DNA from: Gammaproteobacteria bacterium
GTDB taxonomy: Bacteria; Pseudomonadota; Gammaproteobacteria; JAKEHO01
Assembly (NCBI GenBank): GCA_027296625.1
Contig: JAPUIX010000158.1
Location: 232 to 64,231 of the forward strand
Direction of reading: 5' to 3'
DNA: 64,000 nt
A program made the translations under genes and the position numbers. A model generated the notes under the pieces. The model was not told where the DNA came from. It worked only from the letters and a program-made list of their open reading frames with translations, and ran no database searches. Positions within the stretch are counted from its first letter, which is position 1. The number at the start of each line of letters is the position of its first letter. Below are positions 1 to 15,354 of the stretch, in pieces.

Positions 1-474
1 CGCCTACCACAAGATCGCGCGGCGCTCGACAAACCTAAACCACCGCCGGTCCCAGTCCAGAGACAGCTGGATGAGCAGCAAGTCACAAAGGCGCTGCTGT
101 CGGGTCAATTTGATGGAAGTGAACTGGAAACAGGAGAAGAACTCCTTTATTTGCGTCCTGGCGTGCAACGCACTGTGTTTCGCAAATTGCGGCGTGGTCA
201 GTTCACCGTTGAGGCGGAACTTGACCTCCACGGGATGAATGTCGATAAGGCGTCCGGGAGGCTCGCCGAGTTCCTGACCGAATCCCAGTCAAGGGATCGG
301 CGATGCGTGCGGATCGTCCACGGCAAGGGGCACCGATCACGCAACAAGCAGCCGGTACTAAAAAACAAATTGAATAATTGGCTACGCCAGCGGGATGAGG
401 TCTTGGCATTCTGTTCAACACGTCCTGTAGACGGAGGGACCGGCGCGGTTTATGTGCTACTTAAGCGCCGCTGA
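1..474 (+). CDS. Smr-domain protein, 5'-truncated by the window edge. The frame is open from base 1.
   Basis: C-terminal Smr motif (LDLHGM...VRIVHGKGHRS). The reading frame continues in frame 1 from the first base. Confidence 0.6.
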   Translation, partial: RLPQDRAALDKPKPPPVPVQRQLDEQQVTKALLSGQFDGSELETGEELLYLRPGVQRTVFRKLRRGQFTVEAELDLHGMNVDKASGRLAEFLTESQSRDRRCVRIVHGKGHRSRNKQPVLKNKLNNWLRQRDEVLAFCSTRPVDGGTGAVYVLLKRR

Positions 475-539
475 AGGCGAAAGCAACTGACCCAACAGTT
501 CTCGCCAGAGAGCACTCGCCTGCTCAAGTGCTCCGATCA

Positions 540-1013
540 CTAATTAGTCGTCAATAGCACAACCGCATGGGCCACGATGCCCTCTCCGCGTCCCGCAAAG
601 CCCATGCCTTCGGTTGTGCTTGCCTTGACATTGACCGATTCAACGTTGATGGTCACATCGGCGGCAAGGTTTTTTCTCATGGGCGCAAAATAGGGCGAGA
701 GCTTTGGCGCCTCAGCGACAATGGTAATATCCGCATTGGCGACCCTCAAACTGTTGTCCTTGAGTAACTGAACAACCTTACGCAATAGGATGCGGCTGTC
801 GATCCCCTTTAACTCAGCCTTGGAATCAGGAAAGTACTGACCGATATCGCCCAAACCAGCCGCACCCAAGAGTGCGTCACACAAGGCATGAATGACCACA
901 TCACCATCAGAGTGCGCAGCCAACCCTTGATGGTAAGGAATGGTTACACCGCCAAGGATGAGCGATGACCCTTCCTCGAATCGATGGGCGTCGTAGCCGT
1001 GGCCTATGCGCAT
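540..1013 (-). CDS. ispF: 2-C-methyl-D-erythritol 2,4-cyclodiphosphate synthase
   Basis: 157 aa with the IspF signature GHSDGDV...H. It overlaps the ispD stop by 10 nt, the typical ispDF arrangement. Confidence 0.9.
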   Translation of the reverse strand: MRIGHGYDAHRFEEGSSLILGGVTIPYHQGLAAHSDGDVVIHALCDALLGAAGLGDIGQYFPDSKAELKGIDSRILLRKVVQLLKDNSLRVANADITIVAEAPKLSPYFAPMRKNLAADVTINVESVNVKASTTEGMGFAGRGEGIVAHAVVLLTTN

Positions 1014-1717
1014 GCTTCTCGCTCCTGTCGGCGTAAATACAGCTCGGCCAGTGCAAGGTCCTCTCGATTGGTGATCTTAATATTGTCCGAGTGTCCCTCA
1101 ACCAACCTCGGCGCTGCACCCGCAAGCTCCATGGCCTGCGCCTCGTCCGTTACCTTCTGGCCTTGCGCCAGCGCCGCCTCAATGGCACAGCGAAGGGCTT
1201 CTAGGCGAAACATTTGTGGCGTCAGCGCATGCCAGAGGCCGTGGCGTTCCACGGTCGCCTGTACGGTATTATCCAGCTGACCTCGCTTGATGGTATCGCG
1301 CACCGGCAGCGCGAGCAGTCCACCCACCGGATCATCCGCCAAGACATCCAGCAAGCGATTGATATCTTCTTCACGCACACAAGGCCGCGCTGCATCGTGC
1401 ACCAACACCCAATCCTCAGACCGGGCAACTGTCTCAGCAGCTTTCAGTCCATTGAGCACGGAATGACATCGCTCAACACCGCCGGTCGCGACGATCACCT
1501 GATTGCTGTAGGGGAGTTCAAGTGCTTGCCAGTGACTGTCATGCTCAGCGATTACTACGACAACCCCTTTGATGCGTGGATGGGTGCAAAAACGATTCAG
1601 CGTATGTTCGATGACCGGCCGACCACGCAATGAAAAATATTGTTTCGGAACATCGCCGCCCATGCGTTCGCTAATCCCGGCAGCGGGAATTACCGCCCAG
1701 AAGTGCTCGCCTGTCAT
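1004..1717 (-). CDS. ispD: 2-C-methyl-D-erythritol 4-phosphate cytidylyltransferase
   Basis: 237 aa with N-terminal VIPAAGxGxRMG and an IspD-like fold. It lies upstream of ispF. Confidence 0.9.
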   Translation of the reverse strand: MTGEHFWAVIPAAGISERMGGDVPKQYFSLRGRPVIEHTLNRFCTHPRIKGVVVVIAEHDSHWQALELPYSNQVIVATGGVERCHSVLNGLKAAETVARSEDWVLVHDAARPCVREEDINRLLDVLADDPVGGLLALPVRDTIKRGQLDNTVQATVERHGLWHALTPQMFRLEALRCAIEAALAQGQKVTDEAQAMELAGAAPRLVEGHSDNIKITNREDLALAELYLRRQEREACA

Positions 1718-1724
1718 TCAGCCG

Positions 1725-2033
1725 CTAATCCTGAGCGGGCACGTCTGTCCCTGTTGTCTCTGATTCATTAACGAATAAATAAAACGTTTCGTCCGTCGCA
1801 ATCATCCCCATCTCGCTGCGGGCTCGCTCTTCGATGGCTTCAAGTCCTTGCTTGAGATCCTGGACTTCCGCCTCAAGGGACTCGTTTCTTTCCTTAAGTT
1901 GCTCGTTTTCCAGAATTTGTGCCTCCCTAGCCTGATCCAAGCGACGTACCTCGGTGAGACCACCATGTCCGAACCATAACTTATATTGCAGCAGGATAAG
2001 GAGCAGCGCGAAAATGACCCCGAGTGTCCTCAT
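1725..2033 (-). CDS. ftsB: cell division protein FtsB
   Basis: 102 aa with an N-terminal TM segment and a coiled-coil region (EQLKERNESLEAEVQDLK). The eno-ftsB-ispD synteny is conserved. Confidence 0.8.
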   Translation of the reverse strand: MRTLGVIFALLLILLQYKLWFGHGGLTEVRRLDQAREAQILENEQLKERNESLEAEVQDLKQGLEAIEERARSEMGMIATDETFYLFVNESETTGTDVPAQD

Positions 2034-2114
2034 GGTTAGACCATGGAAATCACTGGTGTCACGGCATCCTTGATCACGGCAGTCATATCATCATGATCCC
2101 GCATCGTGACAGCG

Positions 2115-3410
<1,296 letters not shown>

Positions 3411-3453
3411 CTACTCTACCCTACAAACCCCGCCTATCCATCTCGTGCAACAC

Positions 3454-5971
<2,518 letters not shown>

Positions 5972-6295
5972 TTATGCACACCGAGACGTTCGACCTGGCA
6001 GCAACGAGATTACTGACTATGGCTAACCCCCTCTTCTGGGTGTTATGAACGCCAGCAGATCGCAACAAAACACCCGAAATCAAACATAAGGCCGAGAAGC
6101 CCCACAAGAGGGATCAATGTGCTAAAAGGACGGGAGTAGAAAGTACCAGAATGGCGCCGGTTTCTCAATCAAATCCACATGTCGCCCGAAACGGAGTAGC
6201 ACCGGGCCACGTCATCCTGTAACGTACGCCCAAGCAGAACGATTCAATATTCAGAGCCCCCACCAAGCCCAACGGGTCACCGATCTCGCGCCCCC

Positions 6296-7180
6296 ATGCA
6301 TTCAGATCATCTATTTCGAGGGATCGGCTTCGCTCTTGCCGCCGCGCTCAGTTTCGCTGGCATGGGTGCCACCGTCAAGCTTGCCTCTGAGTCATTATCA
6401 AATGAAATGATCGTATTTCTGCGCAATCTTTTTGGACTCATTGTGCTCGCTCCCTGGCTGTATCAGAGCGGCATTAGGACCTTGGCAACGCGACGCTTCA
6501 CTCATCATCTCGTCCGGACCCTTTTCGGACTTGCCGCGATGTATTGTTTCTTTTACGCCATTGCGCACCTGCAGCTTGCTGAAGCCGTTTTACTCAATTT
6601 TAGCGCGCCGTTATTTATCCCCATTATCGCCTTGCTTTGGTTGGGAGAGAGCTTAACAGCACGCTTAGGATCTGCAATCATCGTCGGCTTCCTTGGCATC
6701 AGCCTCATTTTAAAGCCTGGTATTGGGATACTCTCTGACGCGGTGTTTGTCGGCCTGGCTTCGGGCGTCTTCGCTGCCGTCGCGATGGTGAGTATCCGCC
6801 GCTTATCAGACACCGAGCCAACCCTACGGATCGTCTTTTATTTTGCGGTGATCTGCACCCTTGTCTCAGCGTTGCCACTCATCTGGAACTGGCAGACGCC
6901 GGCGCTTGGGGCACTTGCAGCGATGGCCGTCGGTGGGGCCTTCGCAACCATTGGGCAACTGTGCCTCACCCACGCCTACACCCTAGCGCCCGCCGCGCAG
7001 ATCGGGCCATATACCTATGCGACGGTAATATTTGCCGCAGCGATCGGCTGGGCGATTTGGGGAGAGGTCCCTGATCGACTTACAATGCTAGGGACAACGT
7101 TGGTATGCATAGCCGGGATCCTCGCGCTGAGCCTTTCACCAAAGCGCCAGGCGGCTGCGCGCATCACGATTCATGAATAA
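6296..7180 (+). CDS. EamA/DMT-family membrane transporter
   Basis: 294 aa with about 10 predicted TM segments in two EamA-like halves. Confidence 0.7.
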   Translation: MHSDHLFRGIGFALAAALSFAGMGATVKLASESLSNEMIVFLRNLFGLIVLAPWLYQSGIRTLATRRFTHHLVRTLFGLAAMYCFFYAIAHLQLAEAVLLNFSAPLFIPIIALLWLGESLTARLGSAIIVGFLGISLILKPGIGILSDAVFVGLASGVFAAVAMVSIRRLSDTEPTLRIVFYFAVICTLVSALPLIWNWQTPALGALAAMAVGGAFATIGQLCLTHAYTLAPAAQIGPYTYATVIFAAAIGWAIWGEVPDRLTMLGTTLVCIAGILALSLSPKRQAAARITIHE

Positions 7181-7649
7181 ATCAGAATAACGATCTACTC
7201 TTGCCGGCTGACAAGCATACGGGCGATATATTAAGAGCGGGCAGGCGTTCCGCCACCGAGAACCGATAGCGGATTCGAAAGGATGATTTCAGTAGGGATC
7301 CTGGATCCAAATGGTTAAAATTATGACGCTAGCAGAAGGCACGCGGCGGTTGGAGGGGGAGCGTCCTGCAATGCCAAACGGATGGAAGACATCACCAAGC
7401 TACATTAGCTGAGCACCCAGGCGCCGTTGATGGGTGCCGCCCGACGATCCGTTCATTGCCGATCAAAAACAACGGCCAATGACTCACTGCATAATCACGG
7501 GACAACAATGCTGAATCTTTAAACAAAGAAATTAAAAGCCCCCAAGCCAAAAAACCACTTCAAACCGGGGGCATATGACAAGGCGAAACTCCTCATTAGA
7601 ATTTATTCAGCGTTGGTGATACGGGCGAAAAAAAAAGGAGGATTTCATC

Positions 7650-9422
7650 ATGGCACTTGATCCAACCAAACACGCTGATTGGGAAATTGCAGCGGCGGCT
7701 GAGCAGAATATGAAAACAGCTCAGCAGCTCGCTGACGAATTGGGTATTGCGAACGATGAACTGCTCCCGCACGGACATCATATTGCAAAGATTGATTATG
7801 CAAAAGTCCTGAGCCGCCTGAAGGACAAACCGGACGGCAAGTTTATTGAAGTCACGGCCCTTACGCCAACACCGCTCGGAGAGGGCAAATCGACGACGAC
7901 GCTCGGTCTGTTACAAGGAATTGGTAAACGAGGTAAAAAAGTGACGGCCTGCATTAGACAGCCGTCCGGTGGCCCGACATTTAACATTAAGGGTTCAGCC
8001 GCCGGAGGCGGACTTTCTCAGTGTATACCTCTGACTGAGTTTTCACTTGGACTGACTGGCGATATCAATGCCGTTATGAACGCACACAACCTCGCCATGG
8101 TCGCACTTACGGCAAGAATGCAGCACGAATTCAACTATGACGACGCAACGCTCGCAAAGCGTAACCTGAGTCGACTCAATATCAATCCGAAGAATGTCGA
8201 AATGGGCTGGGTTATCGATTTCTGTGCCCAGGCCCTTCGCAATATCATCATCGGCATCGGCGGCAAGATGGATGGCTTCATGATGTCCTCAAAGTTTACC
8301 ATTGCCGTTTCTTCAGAGGTTATGGCCATACTTTCCATCTTCAGCGACCTTGCAGACTTCAGAGAACGGATAGGTGCTATCGTGGTCGCATACGACAAAC
8401 AAGATAACCCTGTCACTACGGAAGATCTCGAGGTTGCAGGCGCCATGACAGCCTGGATGAGAGACGCTATCAATCCGAATATGCTTCAATCCATCGAAGG
8501 GCAGCCCTGCTTTGTGCATGCAGGCCCGTTTGCAAATATCGCTGTGGGGCAATCATCGATCGTCGCCGACAAGATGGCCCTGAAGCTGGCGGACTACCAC
8601 ATCACTGAATCAGGATTTGGTGCGGATATCGGGTTTGAAAAATTCTGGAACGTGAAGTGCCGCTACTCCGGAAACATTCCCAATGTCTCGGTCATTACCG
8701 CCACGATCCGCGCCTTGAAGCACCATGGCGTAAATGCCGGCGCCCCGCCGGTTGTACCCGGCCGACCGATACCAAAAGAATACCTTGAGGAGAATCTCGC
8801 ATGGCTTGAGGATGGTATGGCAAATGTGATACATCATATCAATACCGTAAAGAAGGCCGGCATTAATCCTGTTGTTTGCATCAACGCCTTTCACACGGAT
8901 ACAGAAGAAGAAATCAAGCTGACAAAGAAGATGTGCGAAGAAGGGGGAGCGCGGGTTGCAGTTTCACGCCACTGGCAATACGGCGGCGAGGGGGCCCTGG
9001 AGTTGGCCGATGCGGTCATGGATGCATGTAATGACAAAGTCGACTTTAAGTTTCTCTACGATCTGGATACGCCACTGCGCAAGCGCATCGAGCTGATTGC
9101 CAAAGAGGTCTACGGCGCGGATGGCGTAAGTTACACCGCAGAAGCGACGGCCAAAGCAGAAAAATTCGAGAAAGATCAGAAGCTTAAGGACTATACGACA
9201 ATGATGGTCAAAACCCATCTGTCCCTGTCGCACGATCCCAGCCTCAAAGGCGTACCTAAAGGGTGGACCCTTCACATTCGCGATTTCCTCACCTACGGCG
9301 GGGCACGGTTTATCTGTCCTGTTGCCGGAAATATCAGTTTGATGCCTGGTACCGGATCCGATCCCGCCTATCGCCGGATCGACATCGATGTCGATACCGG
9401 CAGAGTGAAAGGATTATTTTAG
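7650..9422 (+). CDS. fhs: formate--tetrahydrofolate ligase
   Basis: 590 aa with the FTHFS signature [12 protein letters not shown]...GGGLSQ. The RBS AAGGAGG lies 9 nt upstream. Confidence 0.9.
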   Translation: MALDPTKHADWEIAAAAEQNMKTAQQLADELGIANDELLPHGHHIAKIDYAKVLSRLKDKPDGKFIEVTALTPTPLGEGKSTTTLGLLQGIGKRGKKVTACIRQPSGGPTFNIKGSAAGGGLSQCIPLTEFSLGLTGDINAVMNAHNLAMVALTARMQHEFNYDDATLAKRNLSRLNINPKNVEMGWVIDFCAQALRNIIIGIGGKMDGFMMSSKFTIAVSSEVMAILSIFSDLADFRERIGAIVVAYDKQDNPVTTEDLEVAGAMTAWMRDAINPNMLQSIEGQPCFVHAGPFANIAVGQSSIVADKMALKLADYHITESGFGADIGFEKFWNVKCRYSGNIPNVSVITATIRALKHHGVNAGAPPVVPGRPIPKEYLEENLAWLEDGMANVIHHINTVKKAGINPVVCINAFHTDTEEEIKLTKKMCEEGGARVAVSRHWQYGGEGALELADAVMDACNDKVDFKFLYDLDTPLRKRIELIAKEVYGADGVSYTAEATAKAEKFEKDQKLKDYTTMMVKTHLSLSHDPSLKGVPKGWTLHIRDFLTYGGARFICPVAGNISLMPGTGSDPAYRRIDIDVDTGRVKGLF

Positions 9423-9501
9423 TGCTTTCACCTGAGATGGGGAGGCTGCACTCGCGAGGAACGGATCCCAAATAACCAGGTGCCTGCCTGTCCCGTGGCG
9501 G

Positions 9502-12267
9502 CTAGCCGGTCCAACCTAACCCTTCCGCGACACAGTTAATACTAAGCAACAAAGGCACAAGATCGGACTGCTTCACCTTTTTTGCGCGGCGGAAGCGCTT
9601 GATCAATTTGACTTGCTCATAACCGATCTGATTAAGGGTCGGCAGCCTTCGTCCTAGCCGGCGCCTAAAACGCGGAAACCGTTCACAGAGTCCCTGACCG
9701 GTGATTTGCAATATCATCTTGACGGTCCGGTGATATTCGTCCTCGATCATGGAAAAGATCTCATCTCGAACACTTCTATCTGGCACAAGGTCCGCGTACT
9801 CACGGGCGATGGCAAGATCTACCTGCGGTAAGGTCTTCTCTGCCTCGTCAACAATTAGCCGAAACAAACGCGATTCATTGAACATGCGCCCGAGTAATTG
9901 CTCACCTAGCCCTCCGCGCACAGCGATAAAGCGCTCGAGTCCCGTTCCGATCCCATACCAGCCCGGCACCATATGTCGGTTCTGTGTCCAGGCGAACACC
10001 CAGGGGATCGCCCGTAGATCATTGAGCGTCTTGGCGCCAAAACGCCGTGCCGGTCGTGATCCGATCTTGAGCAGCACCAACTCATCAACAGGACTCGCCG
10101 CCTGATAGTAGGTCACCAAGCCGGGATGCTCCGCCAGTTGCCGATAAGCCGCATAGGCGGCACCAGATAACGCCTCCATGGTCTCATCGAACTCCGGATT
10201 GGGTTTGAGCTCCGGTTCTTTTCCCGATTTGAGCGAATGCTCGAGCACGCTTGCCGCGATTAGTTCCATATTATATTGGGCGGTACCGCGGTTCGCATAC
10301 TTGTAAGTCACGACTTCACCCTGCTCGGTCAGACGCAATTGGCCATGGACCGATCCCGCTGGCTGCGCAGCGATCGCTCGTCCCGTCGGCGCGCCACCCC
10401 GGCTCACCGACCCCCCACGGCCATGAAAGAACGCGATGGGAATGCCGCACTCCTCCCCAACGCGCGTCAGCTTCGCCTGGGCTTTGCTCAACTCCCAATT
10501 CGATGTCAGAAAGCCACCGTCCTTATTGGAATCTGAATACCCAATCATGACTTCCTGAACCCCGCCAAGATCACGCACCGTTCGCCGCACCACTGGGATC
10601 GAGAGAAGCTCCCGCATAATCGTCGGCGCCGAATTCAGATCCGTTATGGTTTCAAAAAGCGGATCCACCAGCAAGGTCGCGCGTTCAATCCCTTCCGCAT
10701 CAGCAAATAAGCCCGCGTATTTTTCGAGGAGATAGACGCCCAGCACATCCGCTACTGACTGTGTCATGCTCAAGATAAAATTCCCGGTTGCCTCCCGATC
10801 CACCTCCAAACTCATGTCACGCACGACCCGAAGCAGCCCTATGGTCGATGCGGCTTTCGGTCCAAATCCGTCTAATTTCGGCAAGCCATTGAGTGGTCGC
10901 GCAAGTTCTCTAATCAACCATTCCTTCCATTCGTCTGAGGTGGGATCCGGTAGAGACTCTATTGGTTGATGGGTGAGGTGGCGCCACAATTCAGCCAGCG
11001 TACGGTTAGTCACCGTGGTATTTTCGCGTACGTCCAGGCTGACCGTCCTGAAACGAAAGATCTCCACCTCTCGCCGCAGCGGGCGTACCAAACTTTTGGC
11101 CAATGATTCGCATTCAGACTCCACAAGCCCGGTTTCCATGATGTTCAGATCACGAATGAGTTCATCGGCACTGGCGTAGGTCGGACTCTTTGAATCGGGC
11201 GCCTGATTATCGGCGCCTGAAAGGGTCGCATCTAACTTTCGGAGCATGCACATGGCAAATTGCCTGAAGACCTCGCCGGGATTGCGCACAGCGATGCCGT
11301 CTTTATCCCCGCTCTCCTCCAGCGTGCGGCTAAGTGCTTCCAGGTACTTTTCTGATACATTGAGCGCGTGTTCCGCGATACTGCTGGTTCGTACCAAGTG
11401 CTCGAGCCTCTGCCGGTATCGTGTAAGAGATACAAGACGGTTAGTTAACATCGTGTCCTTAGTCACTTCGTTGGTAACGAATGGATTGCCGTCGCGGTCA
11501 CCGCCGATCCAAGACCCGAACTGAAAGAAGGGCGGTATGCGAAACGTATGCTCAGGATAATGTTGGCCGAGGGTCCATTCGAGCTTTTCCAGGAGTTCCG
11601 GCACGCGCTCGAACAGGGACTCCTCGAAAAAATGCAGGCCCCATGCAACTTCCTGGGCCACGGTGGGCTTTTCCAAGCGGAGCTCACCGGTAAGCCATAA
11701 GAGGTCAATCTCATTTTTCAGATCACTAACCAGTGCCTCTCGCTCCCGGGGCGTCCAACGAGGCGACTCCAATTCCATCAGCAAGAGATAGATGCGCCGG
11801 TGTATCTCCAGGACCGTGACGCGCTTGGCCTCGGTGGGATGGGCCGTGATCACCGGTCGCACCCGAGCCGTATCGAGCAGCGCTTGAATCTCTTCCGCCT
11901 TGACCTTTGATGCCGCCGCATTCGCAATTACATAGGGCAGCGTACCCTGGACCTGGTCGGCCCCCCGTTGTCGTTCGACCTGCCGTCGCCGGCGCATGGC
12001 CGCGTTCTGCTCTGCAATACTCAAGAGCTGGAACCAAATTCCGTGCGCTTGTAGGAACCGCAGTAACAATTCGCGCTCATTGCTGGGCGCCGGCACCTCG
12101 CCCCTAAAGGCGGGCACAATAGCCGGATGGCGGGCGTGGATGACGTCCCCGAGCAGCCTAGATAGGAGGCCAATGACCTCGTTTGCATAGGCGGCGGCCG
12201 CCGCCTCAGGATCGTCTACCGGGGAAGAGACTGGGGGTGGTGCAGAAAGGATTGGGTCCTCAGTCAC
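9502..12267 (-). CDS. ppc: phosphoenolpyruvate carboxylase
   Basis: 921 aa with PEPC motifs VMIGYSDSNKDGG and FHGRGGSVSRGG. It ends the serine-cycle operon. Confidence 0.9.
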   Translation of the reverse strand: MTEDPILSAPPPVSSPVDDPEAAAAAYANEVIGLLSRLLGDVIHARHPAIVPAFRGEVPAPSNERELLLRFLQAHGIWFQLLSIAEQNAAMRRRRQVERQRGADQVQGTLPYVIANAAASKVKAEEIQALLDTARVRPVITAHPTEAKRVTVLEIHRRIYLLLMELESPRWTPREREALVSDLKNEIDLLWLTGELRLEKPTVAQEVAWGLHFFEESLFERVPELLEKLEWTLGQHYPEHTFRIPPFFQFGSWIGGDRDGNPFVTNEVTKDTMLTNRLVSLTRYRQRLEHLVRTSSIAEHALNVSEKYLEALSRTLEESGDKDGIAVRNPGEVFRQFAMCMLRKLDATLSGADNQAPDSKSPTYASADELIRDLNIMETGLVESECESLAKSLVRPLRREVEIFRFRTVSLDVRENTTVTNRTLAELWRHLTHQPIESLPDPTSDEWKEWLIRELARPLNGLPKLDGFGPKAASTIGLLRVVRDMSLEVDREATGNFILSMTQSVADVLGVYLLEKYAGLFADAEGIERATLLVDPLFETITDLNSAPTIMRELLSIPVVRRTVRDLGGVQEVMIGYSDSNKDGGFLTSNWELSKAQAKLTRVGEECGIPIAFFHGRGGSVSRGGAPTGRAIAAQPAGSVHGQLRLTEQGEVVTYKYANRGTAQYNMELIAASVLEHSLKSGKEPELKPNPEFDETMEALSGAAYAAYRQLAEHPGLVTYYQAASPVDELVLLKIGSRPARRFGAKTLNDLRAIPWVFAWTQNRHMVPGWYGIGTGLERFIAVRGGLGEQLLGRMFNESRLFRLIVDEAEKTLPQVDLAIAREYADLVPDRSVRDEIFSMIEDEYHRTVKMILQITGQGLCERFPRFRRRLGRRLPTLNQIGYEQVKLIKRFRRAKKVKQSDLVPLLLSINCVAEGLGWTG

Positions 12268-13235
12268 ACAACTTTGTCACGCGGGGTCTCACCGGCGAAG
12301 AACGTCTTGACGTTTTCCAGCGCACGCATGCCCATCGCTACACGGGTCTCTCGTGAGGCACTGCCAAGATGGGGAAACAGGACCACATTCTCCATTGCAA
12401 GCAACTCCTTCGAGACCTGCGGCTCGTTTTCATAGACATCCAGAGCAGCACCGGCAATGGTACCGTCTTGCAGAGCCTTGACCAGCGCCTTTTCATCAAC
12501 GACATCACCACGCGACGTATTGATGAGAAAGGCAGTTGGTTTCATCAGCGCCAACCTTTCTGCGTTGATCAAATAGTGTGTCTCCTTACCAGCTGGGCAG
12601 TGTACCGAAACAACATCCGCATCCTTAAAGACGTCTTCCAGTGTTTCACATGGCTGCGCTTCTAGGGCTGCGACAACGTCCTTAGGCGGTGGATAGGGAT
12701 CATAAAAAATAATGTTCATGCCAAAACCAAAATGCGCCCGCTTCGCCACGGCCTTCGCAATTCGTCCCATGCCAACAAGGCCCAAGGTCTTGCCACTCAC
12801 CTTCGTTGCGAGCATATGGGTGGGTCGCCACCCGGTCCACGACTTGGAGCGAACATGCCGCTCGCCTTCACCCGCTCGCCGCGCCACCATGAGCAGCAAG
12901 GTCATGGCGGTATCCGCCGTACAGTCGGTCAGCACGTCCGGGGTGTTGGTTACGGTAATACCCCGCTCCTTTGCAGCGTTCAAGTCAATATGGTTGAACC
13001 CGACACCAAAGTTCCCAAGGATTTTTGCCCTCAGGGGCTCGGCGCTGAGGACCTCGGCGGTGATCTTGTCCGATACCGTAGGCAGTACCGCATCGGCACA
13101 ACGGAGAGCCTCCTGAAGTTCTGTGACACTCATGGGGTGGTCATTCTCGTTGAGCTCTACGTCAAAGAGCGCCTTCAGCTCTTCCTCCACCTCTTCCGGC
13201 CAACGCCGGGTCACGATAACCTTTAGCTTCTCCAT
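12264..13235 (-). CDS. hprA: D-2-hydroxyacid dehydrogenase, likely hydroxypyruvate reductase / glycerate dehydrogenase
   Basis: 323 aa with the NAD-binding motif GLVGMGRIAKAV and the catalytic R...E...H triad pattern. It sits inside a serine-cycle cluster, with a 4-nt overlap with ppc. Confidence 0.7.
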   Translation of the reverse strand: MEKLKVIVTRRWPEEVEEELKALFDVELNENDHPMSVTELQEALRCADAVLPTVSDKITAEVLSAEPLRAKILGNFGVGFNHIDLNAAKERGITVTNTPDVLTDCTADTAMTLLLMVARRAGEGERHVRSKSWTGWRPTHMLATKVSGKTLGLVGMGRIAKAVAKRAHFGFGMNIIFYDPYPPPKDVVAALEAQPCETLEDVFKDADVVSVHCPAGKETHYLINAERLALMKPTAFLINTSRGDVVDEKALVKALQDGTIAGAALDVYENEPQVSKELLAMENVVLFPHLGSASRETRVAMGMRALENVKTFFAGETPRDKVV

Positions 13236-13244
13236 GAACGCTTA

Positions 13245-14135
13245 CTAATTCGCCTTCTTAAGCACGTCTGCCACGGTGGCACCCAACTCGGCGGGACTCG
13301 GCGCCACCCTAACGCCCGCATCTTTCAGTATTTCGACCTTTTCCGCGGCACTCTCACCAAAGGCGGAAATGATGGCCCCTGCATGACCCATCCTGCGGCC
13401 CTTCGGTGCGCTCAGCCCCGCGACGTAAGCAACTACCGGCTTCGACATGTGATCCCGCACAAACTCCGCCGCTTCTGCTTCCTGAGGCCCACCGATCTCA
13501 CCGATCATCATCACAGCCTTTGTTTCATCGTCTTCTTCAAAACGCTCCAGGATGTCCTTGAAGGAACTGCCGTTGATCGGGTCCCCGCCAATCCCCACGC
13601 TGGTTGACACCCCGATGCCGAGTTCCTTCATCTGTGACGCGGCCTCATACCCGAGCGTGCCGGATCGCCCCACAACACCCACTGGACCGGATACATAGAT
13701 ATGACCCGGCATGATCCCCATCATCGCCTTTCCGGGGCTGATGACGCCGGCACAGTTAGGTCCAATTAAACACATACGCTGATCCTTCTTGTAGCGCCAC
13801 ATATAGCGCTTCACCCTGATCATGTCATGGGCCGGGATCCCGTCCGTGATGGCAACGCACCCGCGTATCCCCGCATCAGCCGCTTCCATGATCGAGTCAC
13901 CCGCAAACGGGGCGGGCACAAAGATGATACTGGCGGTTGCGCCTGTTTCTTGGACGGCCTCCTTGACCGTATTGAATACTGGCTTACCCAGGTGGATCGT
14001 GCCGCCCTTGCCGGGTGTGACGCCACCCACAATGTTGGTCCCGTACTCCATCATCTCCGTGGCATGGAAGGTGCCGATCTGACCCGTAAAACCCTGAACG
14101 ATGACTTTTGTCTTTTTATCTAGCAATATACTCAT
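13245..14135 (-). CDS. mtkB: malate--CoA ligase (malate thiokinase) alpha subunit, SucD-like
   Basis: 296 aa with a CoA-binding/ligase alpha fold (the phosphohistidine loop GHAGA). The mtkB call is from context, next to malyl-CoA lyase and sga. Confidence 0.7.
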   Translation of the reverse strand: MSILLDKKTKVIVQGFTGQIGTFHATEMMEYGTNIVGGVTPGKGGTIHLGKPVFNTVKEAVQETGATASIIFVPAPFAGDSIMEAADAGIRGCVAITDGIPAHDMIRVKRYMWRYKKDQRMCLIGPNCAGVISPGKAMMGIMPGHIYVSGPVGVVGRSGTLGYEAASQMKELGIGVSTSVGIGGDPINGSSFKDILERFEEDDETKAVMMIGEIGGPQEAEAAEFVRDHMSKPVVAYVAGLSAPKGRRMGHAGAIISAFGESAAEKVEILKDAGVRVAPSPAELGATVADVLKKAN

Positions 14136-14156
14136 GGCTCGAATCCCTCGAAAAAA

Positions 14157-15332
14157 CTAGTTACCCCGTGCCTCTTTCCATGAAGCAACGACTCGATCGG
14201 CCGCCTCGGCCAGCGTATCCGCACTGATGATCGGCAGGCCGCTGTCCTTTAATATTCGGCGGCCCGCTTCAACGTTTGTGCCGGCAAGGCGCACGACCAA
14301 CGGGATCTTCAGTTTGATATCTTCGACAGCTTGCACCACGCCCTCCGCAACCCAATCGCAACGGTTGATCCCAGCGAAGATATTCACCAACATCGCCTGC
14401 ACATTCTCATCAGACAATACCAGGCGGAATGCCTTGGCAACCCGCTCCGGCGATGCGCCGCCACCGATATCAAGAAAGTTCGCCGGCTCACCCCCCGCGT
14501 GTTCGATCATATCCATGGTTGCCATCGCAAGCCCTGCACCGTTGATGATGCAGCCAATGTTGCCGGTGAGGGCAACGTAACTGAGCCCGCGATCCGCCGC
14601 CATCATCTCTCGCGGATCTTCTTGTGACTTGTCACGTAGCTCAGAGATATGGGGATGCCGGAACAGGGCGTTATCATCGAAGGTCATCTTGGCATCCAGC
14701 GCGACTAGCCGCCCGTCCTCCGTGACTACCAATGGGTTGACCTCAACCATGGTCGCATCAAGGTCCCGAAACGCCCGATAACATCCAAGAAATGTCGTCA
14801 CCGCCTGGCTGACCAGCGCTCGCTCCAGACCCAAACCAAAGGCAACCTCGCGGGCCTGGAAGGCCTGCATCCCCACCGCTGGCTCAATGCTGGCCCGCAG
14901 GATCGAATCCGGCTTCTGGCGCGCGATCTCTTCGATCTCCATACCGCCTGCCGACGACGCGACAACCATGATCCTCTCTGACTTACGATCCAGCACAAAG
15001 CCTAGATACAGTTCGCGCTCGATGGCCGTCGCCGCTTCAATATAGAGCCTGTGCACGACCTTGCCCTGGGGCCCCGTTTGATGCGTGACAAGCCGCGAAC
15101 CGAGCAACTCATCCGCCGCCTGCAAGACTTCACGGTCGCTTGAGCAGACTTTGATGCCGCCCGCTTTACCGCGGGCACCCGAATGGATCTGCGCCTTCAC
15201 AACCCACTTCTCGCCGCCAATTTCCTTTGTCCGATAGGCCGCCTGTTCAGGACTGTATGCGAGCCCACCGGCCGGTACCGTGACACCGAAATCCGAGAGC
15301 AGTTCTTTTGCCTGATATTCGTGGATATCCAC
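14157..15332 (-). CDS. mtkA: malate--CoA ligase beta subunit, SucC-like ATP-grasp
   Basis: 391 aa with a SucC-like ATP-grasp N-terminus ([12 protein letters not shown]). It is 21 nt upstream of the alpha subunit. Confidence 0.7.
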   Translation of the reverse strand: MDIHEYQAKELLSDFGVTVPAGGLAYSPEQAAYRTKEIGGEKWVVKAQIHSGARGKAGGIKVCSSDREVLQAADELLGSRLVTHQTGPQGKVVHRLYIEAATAIERELYLGFVLDRKSERIMVVASSAGGMEIEEIARQKPDSILRASIEPAVGMQAFQAREVAFGLGLERALVSQAVTTFLGCYRAFRDLDATMVEVNPLVVTEDGRLVALDAKMTFDDNALFRHPHISELRDKSQEDPREMMAADRGLSYVALTGNIGCIINGAGLAMATMDMIEHAGGEPANFLDIGGGASPERVAKAFRLVLSDENVQAMLVNIFAGINRCDWVAEGVVQAVEDIKLKIPLVVRLAGTNVEAGRRILKDSGLPIISADTLAEAADRVVASWKEARGN

Positions 15333-15354
15333 CGCTTACCTCCTTAAGATGGCG

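Noticed and set aside
7330-7460. possible ZTP (pfl) riboswitch upstream of fhs
   Set aside because: Only fragmentary similarity (GGCGG, GGGGAGCG, CCGCC). The best CGCCUGGG match is on the wrong strand and in the wrong order, so no call was made. It is kept only as something to check with cmscan.
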